The position numbers and the translations under genes are program-made. This document shows, piece by piece, positions 25,785-34,936 of a stretch of DNA of 64,000 nt. Position 1 is the stretch's first letter. Every line of letters begins with the position of its first letter. The notes beneath the pieces are model-generated. The model did not search any database. It saw nothing but the letters and a program-made list of their open reading frames with translations, and was not told the DNA's origin. Location of the stretch: contig CAWGYD010000006.1 of NCBI GenBank assembly GCA_963826785.1, forward strand, positions 576,001 to 640,000, read 5' to 3'. The DNA is from an uncultured delta proteobacterium. GTDB taxonomy: Bacteria > Desulfobacterota > Desulfobacteria > Desulfobacterales > Desulfosalsimonadaceae.

Positions 25785-26726
25785 ATGGCCAATGCATCCC
25801 CGATTGTGGGCAACAGCAGGGTTTTAAGACAGATGCTGAAAAAGGCGGCGGCGTTTGCGCCCGTGCCCCGTCCGCTGCTGATTGCGGGGGAGCGGGGTAC
25901 GGGAAAGGAACTCCTGGCGGCCTATATTCATGAAAAAAGTCCCTTTTCCGCCGGCCCCTTCATCGGGATCAACTGCGCCGTATTCAATGAAGAACTCCTG
26001 GGAAGCGAGCTGTTCGGCCATGAAAAAGGCGCCTTTACCGGGGCCTCCGCCCGGCGGCGGGGCTGCCTGGAGCGGGCTGGCGGCGGTACCCTGTTTTTCG
26101 ACGAAGTGGGCAACATGTCCATGCGCTTTCAGGAAAGCCTGCTGCGGGTGATCGAAACCCGGAGGTTCGAGCGCCTGGGGGGGCGTGAAACCCTCGAGGC
26201 CTCCGCCCGGTTCATCTTCGCCACAAATGCGGATCTGTTGCGGATGGCGGAAAAAAACGAATTCCGCAAAGACCTCTATGACCGGATCGCTTTTGAAGTG
26301 ATCACCTTGCCGCCCCTTCGTCAGCGGCGGGAGGACATCGGCCTGCTCATCGGCCACTTCACGGCCATGCTGGAAAAGGAAATCCCCAATTTCGAGCCCC
26401 GCTCCTTTTCCGCCGAAGCCATCCGGCAGATGACCGACTACTACTGGCCGGGCAACGTTCGGGAACTCAAGAACGTGGTGGAGCGCCTGCTGCTGCAGCC
26501 GGGCGATGACGTGGTGAGAACGGCGGACCTGCCGCTGGAGATCACGGCGGCCGCCCCGCCGGGGATCACGTTTACCGAAAAAGTGGAAGCCTACAAAAAG
26601 CACCTGATCTTGAGCGCCTGGCTGGAATCCGGCAGACGCCAGAAAAAAGCCGCCGATGCCCTGGGTGTCACCTATGACCAGTTCCGTCATTTTTTCCGGA
26701 AGTATGAACTGGGGGGGCTGGAATGA
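25785..26726 (+). CDS. pspF: PspF-like sigma54 activator (AAA-HTH, no receiver)
   Basis: GERGTGKEL, SELFGHEKGAFTGA, WPGNVRELKN, AADALGVTYDQFRH; directly upstream of pspA; start reassigned to ATG 25785. Confidence 0.85.
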   Translation: MANASPIVGNSRVLRQMLKKAAAFAPVPRPLLIAGERGTGKELLAAYIHEKSPFSAGPFIGINCAVFNEELLGSELFGHEKGAFTGASARRRGCLERAGGGTLFFDEVGNMSMRFQESLLRVIETRRFERLGGRETLEASARFIFATNADLLRMAEKNEFRKDLYDRIAFEVITLPPLRQRREDIGLLIGHFTAMLEKEIPNFEPRSFSAEAIRQMTDYYWPGNVRELKNVVERLLLQPGDDVVRTADLPLEITAAAPPGITFTEKVEAYKKHLILSAWLESGRRQKKAADALGVTYDQFRHFFRKYELGGLE

Positions 26727-26735
26727 CTTCGTAAT

Positions 26736-26773
26736 ATGGTGTTTTTCGCCATTTTAAAGGTGAAAAACACCAT
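26736..26773. promoter_or_regulatory. Paired PspF-type UAS
   Basis: ATGGTGTTTTTCGCC and GGTGAAAAACACCAT form a 15-bp inverted repeat with one mismatch; each arm is itself quasi-palindromic. Confidence 0.65.
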
Positions 26774-26838
26774 GAAACGGCAGTCCATATTTTGCTAAGA
26801 TAAAATTAATTGTAAGTAAATAAATTGCTTAAGTCTTT

Positions 26839-26853
26839 TGGCATAAAAGTTGT
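26839..26853 (+). promoter_or_regulatory. Sigma54 promoter of pspA
   Basis: TGGCAT-AAAAG-TTGT, with an AT-rich tract upstream. Confidence 0.7.
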
Positions 26854-26901
26854 ATTTTCAGGAGTAAAACTGGAGCAAATGCCAAAAGAGAGGAAACGAC
26901 C

Positions 26902-27606
26902 ATGGTCATTATCAGCAGAATCAAACGAATCATATCGGCAAATTTAAACAGCCTGGTGGAAAAGGCGGAAGACCCGGAATCCTTGATCCGGGAGCTCATC
27001 CGGGAGATGGATGCCAGCATCATCCGCTTGCGGGGCGAGGTGACCCGGTCCATTGCCGCAGAGAAGCGGCTGGCCCGGCAACTGGAAGGGGCGGAAAAAA
27101 AAGTCCGGCTGTGGCAGGAAAACAGCGAAAAAGCGGTTTCTGACAAAGACGATGACCTGGCCCGAAAAGCCCTGGCCCGCAAACTCCAGGAGGAGCGCAA
27201 GTGTGCGGACCTCGAAGAAGGGCATGTCCGGGCGAAGGAATCGTGCGCGCAGCTCAAAGCGCAATTGTGCCAGCTGGAGGACAAGGTGCAGGAGGCCCGG
27301 CGCAAGAAGGAGTTGCTGATTTCACGCAAGCGCAGCGCCGAAAGCCGCAAGGCCATGTTAAACGCCACCCGGGATTTTGCCTCCGCGGCCCGAAGGAGCG
27401 ATGAACTTCTGGCCGACAGCGGCCTGTCCGCATCCGATGCCTGCCGGTCCCTGGAAGACCAGGTGGTCACCATGGAAACAGAAGCCGAGGCCATGGGGGA
27501 ACTGGTGATCCGGGAGCCGTCCCTGGAAGCGGTCTTTGAAAAATCAAAAATGGAAACCGAAATCGAGCGGCAGCTTGCGGCACTCAAAGACAAACTGAAA
27601 AAATGA
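26902..27606 (+). CDS. pspA: PspA/IM30 family protein
   Basis: IISRIKRIISANLNSLVEKAEDPE, DDDLARKAL, coiled coil, IERQLAALK. Confidence 0.92.
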   Translation: MVIISRIKRIISANLNSLVEKAEDPESLIRELIREMDASIIRLRGEVTRSIAAEKRLARQLEGAEKKVRLWQENSEKAVSDKDDDLARKALARKLQEERKCADLEEGHVRAKESCAQLKAQLCQLEDKVQEARRKKELLISRKRSAESRKAMLNATRDFASAARRSDELLADSGLSASDACRSLEDQVVTMETEAEAMGELVIREPSLEAVFEKSKMETEIERQLAALKDKLKK

Positions 27607-27619
27607 TGGAATTGATGCC

Positions 27620-28195
27620 ATGCAGGAATATTACGATGCACTGAGTCCGATCCAGAAATTCTTCCTGTTCTCCGCCATTCTGGGCGGGACCATCTTCATA
27701 CTCCGGATGGTGCTCATGCTGGTCGGACTTTCGGACCATGACATCCATGACGGGGGGTTCGACAATGCGGACGTTCATCCGGATTCGGATGCCAGCTTCA
27801 AGCTCTTTTCCCTTCACGGCCTGACCGGGTTTTTCATGATGTTCGGCCTGGTGGGGCTGGCCCTGTCCAAGCAATTCTGGATTCCGGACCTGATGGCAGC
27901 GGCCGCCGGCATCGCCGCCGGGCTGGCCACGGTCTGGATGCTTGGAAAGCTGTCGGTCTCCATGATGAAGCTTCAGTCCGATGGCACTGTGAACGTCTGC
28001 AGCGCCATCGGCCAGGAGGGGAGAGTCTACCTGAAAATTCCCGCTGCCGGCACCGGGCAGGTCCAGGTCCCCTGCCAGGGTCGCCTGATGATCTATGACG
28101 CCGTATCGGCCGACAAGAATGAAATCCGGACCGGGGATCCGGTCATCGTCATCGATGTCACCGGCGGCAACGTGCTCGTCGTCGAAAAAGCATAA
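27620..28195 (+). CDS. NfeD-like membrane protein
   Basis: TM helices, FKLFSLHGLTGFFMMFGLVG, C-terminal OB-fold IGQEGRVYLKIP...GQVQV. Confidence 0.82.
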   Translation: MQEYYDALSPIQKFFLFSAILGGTIFILRMVLMLVGLSDHDIHDGGFDNADVHPDSDASFKLFSLHGLTGFFMMFGLVGLALSKQFWIPDLMAAAAGIAAGLATVWMLGKLSVSMMKLQSDGTVNVCSAIGQEGRVYLKIPAAGTGQVQVPCQGRLMIYDAVSADKNEIRTGDPVIVIDVTGGNVLVVEKA

Positions 28196-28206
28196 AAATG
28201 ATCTCT

Positions 28207-28290
28207 CTGGAATATGGAATGGTGGAATAATGGAGTTACGGCCGAAACAGGACGCCTTTAAACCCATCATTGCCTCATTCCATGATTCCA
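28207..28290. repeat. Imperfect inverted-repeat element (TGGAAT/ATTCCA units), REP/MITE-like
   Basis: CTGGAATATGGAATGGTGGAATAATGG ... CCATCATTGCCTCATTCCATGATTCCA. Confidence 0.55.
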
Positions 28291-28351
28291 CCCGACCGTT
28301 GATTTTCAAAGCGTTGTCATGAATTTATAATCCATCTTAGAGGAGGACGGC

Positions 28352-29947
28352 ATGGTTTACTTTTCACTGGCCATCGGCGCGTTTGTTTTCATTTTCATCT
28401 CCACGGTGCTCATTCTGGCCTCGCGTTACAAGCGCTGCCCGTCGGACCAGATCCTGGTCATCTACGGCCGGGTGGCAGAAGGCCGCTCCAGCCGGTGCGT
28501 GCACGGTGGCGGCACCTTTGTCTGGCCCCTGATCCAGGATTACGCCTACCTCAGCCTCACCCCCATCACCATCAGCATCCCGCTCCAGAACGCCTTGTCC
28601 TTTCAGAATATCCGGATCAATGTGCCCAGCACTTTCACCGTGGGGATCAGCACCGATCCCAACATCATGACCAATGCCGCCGAACGCCTCCTTGGGATCG
28701 GCGCGCAGAAGATCGAGGACATGGCCAAGGAGATCATCTTCGGGCAGCTGCGTCTCACCGTGGCCTCGCTCACCATCGAGCAGATCAACCAGGACCGGGA
28801 AAGCTTTCTGGAAGCCATCCGCAAAAACGTGGAACCCGAGCTCAACAAGATCGGGCTCTACCTGATCAACGTGAACATCACCGACATCACCGATGAATCG
28901 GACTACATCGAGAGCATCGGCAAGAAGGCGGCTTCCGAAGCCCTGAACAAGGCCAAGGTGGATGTGGCCGAGCAGGTGAAGCTGGGCTCCATCGGAGAAG
29001 CCGAAGCGGTGAAGGTCAAAGAGGTCCGGGTCGCCGAAAACGTGGCCGAATCGGAAAAAGGAAAGAAAAAAGCCCAGGCCGATCAGCGCATCTATGTCCA
29101 GGGCCAGGAGGCCGAGGCGGTTACCGGCGAAAACAGGGCCAAAGCGGATATCGCGACTTCCGAGGCGGAGCTGGAAATCAGGCGGGCCCAGGCCATGGCC
29201 GAATCCGAGAAAGGAAAGAAAAAGGCGCTTGCCGACCAGCGGATATTCGTTCAGGGCCAGGAAGCCGATGCGGTGGCCGGTGAAAACAAAGCCAAGGCCA
29301 ATATCGCGGATTCGGATGCCGAACTGGCCGTGAAACAGGCCGCGGCCCAGCAGCGGGGGGAAGTGGCCAAGCGCGAGGCCCAGGTGGAGATCCAGAAGGC
29401 CCAGTACCGGGCCGAACAGGAGCGGTTAAACGCGGAGGAGATCGTCATAGAGGAGATCGAAAAGCGCAAGATCGAAATCGCCGCCGATGCCGAAGCCGAA
29501 CGGATCAGACGCCGCGCCCGGGGCGAGGCCGACGGCATCCTTCTCAAATACGAGGCCGAAGCCAAAGGCCTCCAGAAGCTGCTCGACGGCAAGGCCGCGG
29601 GGTATGCCTCCCTGGTCACCAGCTGCGGCGGCGACGCCAAGGCCGCGGCCACCCTGCTGATGATCGAAAAACTCGAAGAGATCGTCAAACGGCAGGTGGA
29701 GGCGGTCAGCAACCTCAAGATCGACAAGATCACCGTCTGGGACAGCGCCAATGGCAACGGCAAAGGCTCATCCACCTCCAACTTCATCTCCAGCCTCATC
29801 AAAAGCGTCCCGCCCCTTCAGGATATCGCCTCCATGGCCGGCGTGGAACTGCCCGAATACCTGGGCAAGATGGCCGATGTGGAAGTTCCCGCGCCGGTGG
29901 CAATGAATTCGGCTGCGGCCGCTCAAAAGGACCGGGACAAGAATTAA
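28352..29947 (+). CDS. Flotillin (SPFH/band 7) with an internal 51-aa tandem duplication
   Basis: RYKRCPSDQILVIYG, HGGGTFVWP, EIIFGQLR, AEA-rich coiled coil, IDKITVWD. Confidence 0.92.
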   Translation: MVYFSLAIGAFVFIFISTVLILASRYKRCPSDQILVIYGRVAEGRSSRCVHGGGTFVWPLIQDYAYLSLTPITISIPLQNALSFQNIRINVPSTFTVGISTDPNIMTNAAERLLGIGAQKIEDMAKEIIFGQLRLTVASLTIEQINQDRESFLEAIRKNVEPELNKIGLYLINVNITDITDESDYIESIGKKAASEALNKAKVDVAEQVKLGSIGEAEAVKVKEVRVAENVAESEKGKKKAQADQRIYVQGQEAEAVTGENRAKADIATSEAELEIRRAQAMAESEKGKKKALADQRIFVQGQEADAVAGENKAKANIADSDAELAVKQAAAQQRGEVAKREAQVEIQKAQYRAEQERLNAEEIVIEEIEKRKIEIAADAEAERIRRRARGEADGILLKYEAEAKGLQKLLDGKAAGYASLVTSCGGDAKAAATLLMIEKLEEIVKRQVEAVSNLKIDKITVWDSANGNGKGSSTSNFISSLIKSVPPLQDIASMAGVELPEYLGKMADVEVPAPVAMNSAAAAQKDRDKN

Positions 29948-30032
29948 AGGAGCTGACGCGGCAGTAATCGCTTTGGAATGAAAAAAAACATGCGGCAACC
30001 TGCTTGATCAGAATGAGAAACAGCGCGCATGC

Positions 30033-32126
30033 TTATTCAATTGATTTCCATTTCGCTTGAAGGCAAGTTCCTTCGCCGATGTTGGATTTGATACTAAATT
30101 GACCGCCGGAAATTTCAACACGCTCCTGCATGCTGGTGAGCCCCAGACCATTTGCGCGATTTTGCAGATTGAAACCGACTCCGTTATCAATGATGCTCAG
30201 CGCGATTGAAGCGGCGGTTTTCGAAATCGATACATGAACCTGGTCGGCCCGGCTGTATTTGGCGATGTTGTTTAACGCCTCCTGGCTCACACGAAAGATG
30301 ACAATCTTAAGTTCCTCGGCAATTTCATTTTCAGAGACATTGAATTCAGTCACCAGCTGATGCAGGGGGTAGATGGTCTGGAAATTCTGACAAAACCAGT
30401 TCATTGTGGCGATGATGCCTTCTGAATCCAAAATAGGCGGGCGAAGCCCGGTGTGGATGGTTCTTGCCTCTTGAATGGCATCCTTGATCAGCGATCCCAG
30501 GAACTCAATGGCCTGAAATGCTTCATCCGGATCATTTCGCGTTGTATCGCGAAGGGCTTTATCGACGCTGAACTTCATCGCCACGAGGGTCTGTCCGATG
30601 CTGTCATGGATCTCGCCTGCAATCCGTTTCCGTTCTTCCTCCTGGGCGGAAAGCAGCCTGGCAGAAAGCTTCCTGAGTTGTTTTTCTGATTGGCCGAGCG
30701 ATCTGGCCACCATCTCCTGTTCAGTAATATCGATGCCCATCTTGAGTACAAGTAGTTTGCCGTCAAAATCCTCAAATGGACGATCATATACCTGATAAAT
30801 TCGGCAGTTCGGGCTGTACCACTTCCAATCTTGAATTATTCCGAAATCAAGGGGCATATTGACCGTGCAATCAGAACAGGGCTGTTTTTCACCCCTGAGG
30901 ATTTCATAGCAGTGCTTCCCTTCGGGGGCGCCGAAAGTCTCCCGGAATGTCCGGTTGGCATAATTAATCGAGTAATCCGGCGCCTGAATATAGACGAAAG
31001 CTGGTATTGCTTCCAATAGCGTGAACAGGCGCAGACGAGCGGAATCCAATTTTTTTTCACGTTTTGAAATTTCCTCCGTCATCTGGTTGAATGCAAATGC
31101 CAGATCCTGTATTTCAGTCGACCCCCGAATGGTCAGCTTTGAATAGGTTGAATTCTGTCCAAATGCCAAGGCCTGTTTTTGCAGCTTCTTCAGTGGCGAT
31201 ACAATTTTTTGTGAAATGAACATGGCGATGGCAAAGACAAAAATCACAAGGATCACCAAAATGCCCGCCTGTCGAACAGATCCGGAGATAATGGGTTGAA
31301 AGACTTGATGAACCGAACGGCTGGAACTGACGATCCATCCATTGAATTCGATTGGCGTCAACGCCACCATCTGATTTTCACCACCCAAAAAATGGGGAAT
31401 CACCGCAGTGACTTCTTTTCCATTCAGCGCAGCCCGGATTGCAGGGTTGGCCTTCAATGCACCCCGGTCTTTCCATTCCCGATGCTTTACCGGATATTCA
31501 AAAATGATGTTCCCTTCCCGGTCAAAAACAGAAATGGTCCGCGTATGATCTTTCTTCTTGCTGAGTAGTTTTCCCAGTTTATCCGGGTATATTGCGGCGA
31601 TTACAACACCGGCAGGCACACCCTTTTGGTCATTGATCCTCCGGCTGACTGCAATGACGGGTTCTTTTGTAATCTTGCAGATGGTCAGGCTGCTGATCGA
31701 CCATTCCTTTCCAGTGAGCGTTTCGTGCAAGTCCGCATGATCCGCAAAATCAATCCCGATCATTGAATCCATGCTCGATGCAACAATGCGGCATTGCGGA
31801 TCTACCCAGGCAAAATTGCGAACTTCGGGGTGATGCCTCAAATTGTCCTTCAGGATTTGATTCATTTGCGAGGGGGTTGGCGGATGCGGAAAGGTCAAGT
31901 GGAGGCCGATGTCGAATTCATGGTGCAGGATGTTGCGCAAATATTCATCAAACGTAGTGCTTACCGCACGCGCCACTTCCAGATTGGCTTGGTATTCATT
32001 GAACTCCCGCTCCTTGTATCGATGGTAGTGGTCAAATCCCTTGATGACCAGAACTGGCACAAGCACCCAAAAAAGTAATAAATACAATTTGCTGCGGATT
32101 GTTCTGAAAGGCTGAAATGCTTTCAT
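30033..32126 (-). CDS. HisKA_3 (NarX/UhpB-type) sensor kinase with Cache, HAMP and Cys-rich PAS
   Basis: AQEEERKRIAGEIHDSIGQ, FRVSQEALNNIAKYS, DNGVGF, GLGLTSMQER; CYEILRGEKQPCSDC. Confidence 0.9.
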   Translation of the reverse strand: MKAFQPFRTIRSKLYLLLFWVLVPVLVIKGFDHYHRYKEREFNEYQANLEVARAVSTTFDEYLRNILHHEFDIGLHLTFPHPPTPSQMNQILKDNLRHHPEVRNFAWVDPQCRIVASSMDSMIGIDFADHADLHETLTGKEWSISSLTICKITKEPVIAVSRRINDQKGVPAGVVIAAIYPDKLGKLLSKKKDHTRTISVFDREGNIIFEYPVKHREWKDRGALKANPAIRAALNGKEVTAVIPHFLGGENQMVALTPIEFNGWIVSSSRSVHQVFQPIISGSVRQAGILVILVIFVFAIAMFISQKIVSPLKKLQKQALAFGQNSTYSKLTIRGSTEIQDLAFAFNQMTEEISKREKKLDSARLRLFTLLEAIPAFVYIQAPDYSINYANRTFRETFGAPEGKHCYEILRGEKQPCSDCTVNMPLDFGIIQDWKWYSPNCRIYQVYDRPFEDFDGKLLVLKMGIDITEQEMVARSLGQSEKQLRKLSARLLSAQEEERKRIAGEIHDSIGQTLVAMKFSVDKALRDTTRNDPDEAFQAIEFLGSLIKDAIQEARTIHTGLRPPILDSEGIIATMNWFCQNFQTIYPLHQLVTEFNVSENEIAEELKIVIFRVSQEALNNIAKYSRADQVHVSISKTAASIALSIIDNGVGFNLQNRANGLGLTSMQERVEISGGQFSIKSNIGEGTCLQAKWKSIE

Positions 32127-32295
32127 GATCGCATGCCTTCTGAATCGGGGTTTATCTGTGTTGCATCGAATTCCTCTCGAGTCGGAGAAAGATTAAGTTA
32201 TTCATATTATGAATTCATATTGTATCAATAGATAATATATTTCAATCATTATTAGTGAGATTAAAAAGATGCATAACTGCGGAAGTGGCTTGGGC

Positions 32296-32310
32296 GCAAC
32301 AACTCTGCCA
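32296..32310 (-). promoter_or_regulatory. Sigma54 promoter toward the HisKA_3 kinase
   Basis: Minus strand TGGCAG-AGTTG-TTGC. Confidence 0.6.
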
Positions 32311-32394
32311 ATTTGCTTATATGAACAGTCGCCTGCCAAATTTTCATAAACCAAATCGATGCAAATCAGGCAAACTGGCTATTTGTTGCCAATC

Positions 32395-32440
32395 TGTGCC
32401 ATGACACACCTGATTTGAACTCATTATGTGTCATGGCACA
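32395..32440. promoter_or_regulatory. Paired enhancer palindromes, copy A
   Basis: TGTGCCATGACACA (32395-32408) and TGTGTCATGGCACA (32427-32440), 32 bp apart. Confidence 0.8.
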
Positions 32441-32550
32441 TCCCCAAATTCCTATTTTCGATCACCTCTACTACCCTTTTTTTTCGTTAACCCATGTAAT
32501 CATAAAGCATTTCTGGGTCATCGCGTTTATTTCCGTGAGTTGTGGCGATG

Positions 32551-32570
32551 TGGCATGGTTCTGGAAATAC
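32551..32570 (+). promoter_or_regulatory. Sigma54-like promoter (degenerate -12) of the copper operon
   Basis: TGGCATGGTTCTGGAAATAC, 16/20 identical to 47383-47402 and at nearly the same distance from the palindromes. Confidence 0.6.
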
Positions 32571-32663
32571 TAAAGGCATGGATGAGAATTGAATGTGAAA
32601 TCAGGTTCCTTCTCGCATTAATTTTATAACCAGATCATTTAGGCTTTTTCCAGGAGGTTGATA

Positions 32664-34145
32664 ATGAAAGTCAATGGTAATTCGGTATACATCAGCATCA
32701 TCCTGGGCTTGATTTGCTATACATCCATATCTTTATTTTCAGGCAAATCCTGGGCGATGCCGGCATTTGCAAGGAAATACCAGACCTCCTGCATTACCTG
32801 CCACAGCACTTTTCCGACATTGAACCCAACCGGGCTGGTTTACTATTTAAATGGATATCAATTTCCGGACAATGAACTCTATTTAAAACAGGAACCGCTT
32901 TACCTCGGCAACGAAGCGTACAAGCGACTCTGGCCCGAAGCCCTGTGGCCGGGTGAAATTCCCCAGTACTTTCCCATCAGCATCATTACCGTGCATGTCC
33001 TGGAGTGGAGTACCGATCCGAGGTACAACCCGCAAACCGGAAAGGATGAATCCGATTTTACGTTCGTGATGCCCCACGAAGTGGAATTGAGTTACGCGAC
33101 CAACCTGGGCGAACAATTTGCCGTATATTCGGATATCCGTTACATCAGCGATGATGACAGCGGTGAGGATTTCTCTTCCTGGGCCATGCTGAAAGCCTGG
33201 CTGATGTACAAGGGCTTATTCGGCCTGGACAATAAACTCCGCCTGACCGTGGGTTCCCTCGGGATGCACACCTTATGCCTTTTTACGGCCCCCGATGAAG
33301 GGGCCCTGACATTTGAAGGATATCTGCTCAACAACTGGGAAATACCGGATTTGAAAAGAGACCGGGATGGCCATGTTCTTCAGGCGGGTATTTCCGAATT
33401 CGAGGGCAATACGTTCAGTCTTCAGCCGCAGTCGGGATTCGAGCTGAGCGGATTTACGAAACGTCTGTTTTATTATGCCGGTGTGGTGAACGGTAACATC
33501 GACCAGGATCCGGGCAACCAGGTTTATTTCGAGGGTACGGGCAAAAATACCGGGACAAAAGATTATTACGGCGGCATGGCCATCAAAATCGGCGGGATCG
33601 GTTTCGACGGATCAGGAACTGAAGACAAGGACCTTACCGCTGCAAAACCCTCTGATTACTGGCGCGATGACAGCCTGACGATATCGCTCTTTGGCTATAG
33701 CGGCACCGGAAGGATAGAATCATCCGTAGACGATTCGGCTCTGGTGTACAGAGATGACGATTTCTGGCGATTCGGGGCGGGTTTCATGCAGCGATACAAG
33801 GATTTGAATCTGGGCGGCGGCATTATGCTGGGAAAAAATGAAGACCCTTATGGCAATTTATCGGATGCGGAGGTGGATTCGACGAGCTGGTTCATTGAAA
33901 GCTACTACTTCATCTATCCCTGGCTGATTCCGTTCGCAAAATATGAGGTGCTGGAATTTGACGACCTTCCGTCCAACTTGATGATCATCGATGCCACAGA
34001 CCGCAGCATCGTCACAGCCGGCGTCAAAGTGCATTTTCGGCCGAACATTACATTGCGGACGGAATATACGTATTACACCGAAGAGGACGGTTTCGACTAC
34101 GGCCGGAACAAGGACGTTTTTTTCGTTCTGAATGCGGCTTTTTAG
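32664..34145 (+). CDS. Outer-membrane beta-barrel with an N-terminal c-type heme motif
   Basis: AGGAGG RBS; signal peptide then MPAFARKYQTSCITCH; amphipathic strands; terminal LNAAF. Confidence 0.8.
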   Translation: MKVNGNSVYISIILGLICYTSISLFSGKSWAMPAFARKYQTSCITCHSTFPTLNPTGLVYYLNGYQFPDNELYLKQEPLYLGNEAYKRLWPEALWPGEIPQYFPISIITVHVLEWSTDPRYNPQTGKDESDFTFVMPHEVELSYATNLGEQFAVYSDIRYISDDDSGEDFSSWAMLKAWLMYKGLFGLDNKLRLTVGSLGMHTLCLFTAPDEGALTFEGYLLNNWEIPDLKRDRDGHVLQAGISEFEGNTFSLQPQSGFELSGFTKRLFYYAGVVNGNIDQDPGNQVYFEGTGKNTGTKDYYGGMAIKIGGIGFDGSGTEDKDLTAAKPSDYWRDDSLTISLFGYSGTGRIESSVDDSALVYRDDDFWRFGAGFMQRYKDLNLGGGIMLGKNEDPYGNLSDAEVDSTSWFIESYYFIYPWLIPFAKYEVLEFDDLPSNLMIIDATDRSIVTAGVKVHFRPNITLRTEYTYYTEEDGFDYGRNKDVFFVLNAAF

Positions 34146-34212
34146 ACGTTTGATCAAGCGGCGCAAACCGGACGATTTTGATGCCCACCGGTGATCCAGA
34201 AGGATAATCAAC

Positions 34213-34890
34213 ATGCGTTTTGCCTTCATATTGACTCTTTTCCTCTTTTGCTTCACACCCGTCTGTCTGGTTCATGCGGCGGAGCCCTGCAAGGACTGCG
34301 GCGCGGTTTCAGGGAAAATCACGGTATGGAAAACCCGGGTCCGGACACAAGGGGCGAGAAACGATCGGGATGTCATTGTCTTTCTTGAGAGGACCGGTAG
34401 CACGAATTTTCCCGCCGTGACAGGCCAGACAATGCATATGGATCAGAAAAACCTCATTTTCATCCCCCATGTCCTGCCGGTCATTAAAGGGAGCACGGTC
34501 AAGTTTTTAAACAGCGACACCGTTGACCACAATGTGTTTCTGCTTTTTGAAAAAACCGGGGAAAGCCTGGACCTGGGGACCTGGGGACAGGGAAAGACCA
34601 CCGAATACCTGTTCAATGAAGCCGGCGTCACCATTGTGCTCTGTAAGCTTCACCTGGAAATGGCCGCTTATGTGGTGACCATGGAAAACCCGTTCTTTTC
34701 CCAGGCTGGAATTGATGAAAGCGCGCAGTCCGCAGAATATTCCATAGCCAATGTCCCGCCCGGTTCATATGTCCTTCATGCATGGCACAAAAAGCTGAAA
34801 ATGAAGGAAGGTCCCGTGCATGTCACTGTTGAAAAGGATCACGTCACCCAAGTGGATATAACGATAACCAAAGCCAAATATGCGCAATAA
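34213..34890 (+). CDS. Secreted cupredoxin-like protein with a type-1 Cu motif and beta-sandwich flanks
   Basis: Signal peptide; MDQKNLIFIPHVL, FLNSDTVDHNVF, CKLHLEM (C-x2-H-x2-M), VPPGSYVLHAWH. Confidence 0.8.
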   Translation: MRFAFILTLFLFCFTPVCLVHAAEPCKDCGAVSGKITVWKTRVRTQGARNDRDVIVFLERTGSTNFPAVTGQTMHMDQKNLIFIPHVLPVIKGSTVKFLNSDTVDHNVFLLFEKTGESLDLGTWGQGKTTEYLFNEAGVTIVLCKLHLEMAAYVVTMENPFFSQAGIDESAQSAEYSIANVPPGSYVLHAWHKKLKMKEGPVHVTVEKDHVTQVDITITKAKYAQ

Positions 34891-34936
34891 GGGACTTGGG
34901 TGAATCTGATTTCGCGCATGTTTTTGCGGACTCTGC

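Noticed and set aside
32395..32440. Palindrome pairs as CRISPR repeats or transposon ends
   Set aside because: Only two 14-bp units per locus, no cas or transposase genes, and fixed spacing to promoters fits enhancers
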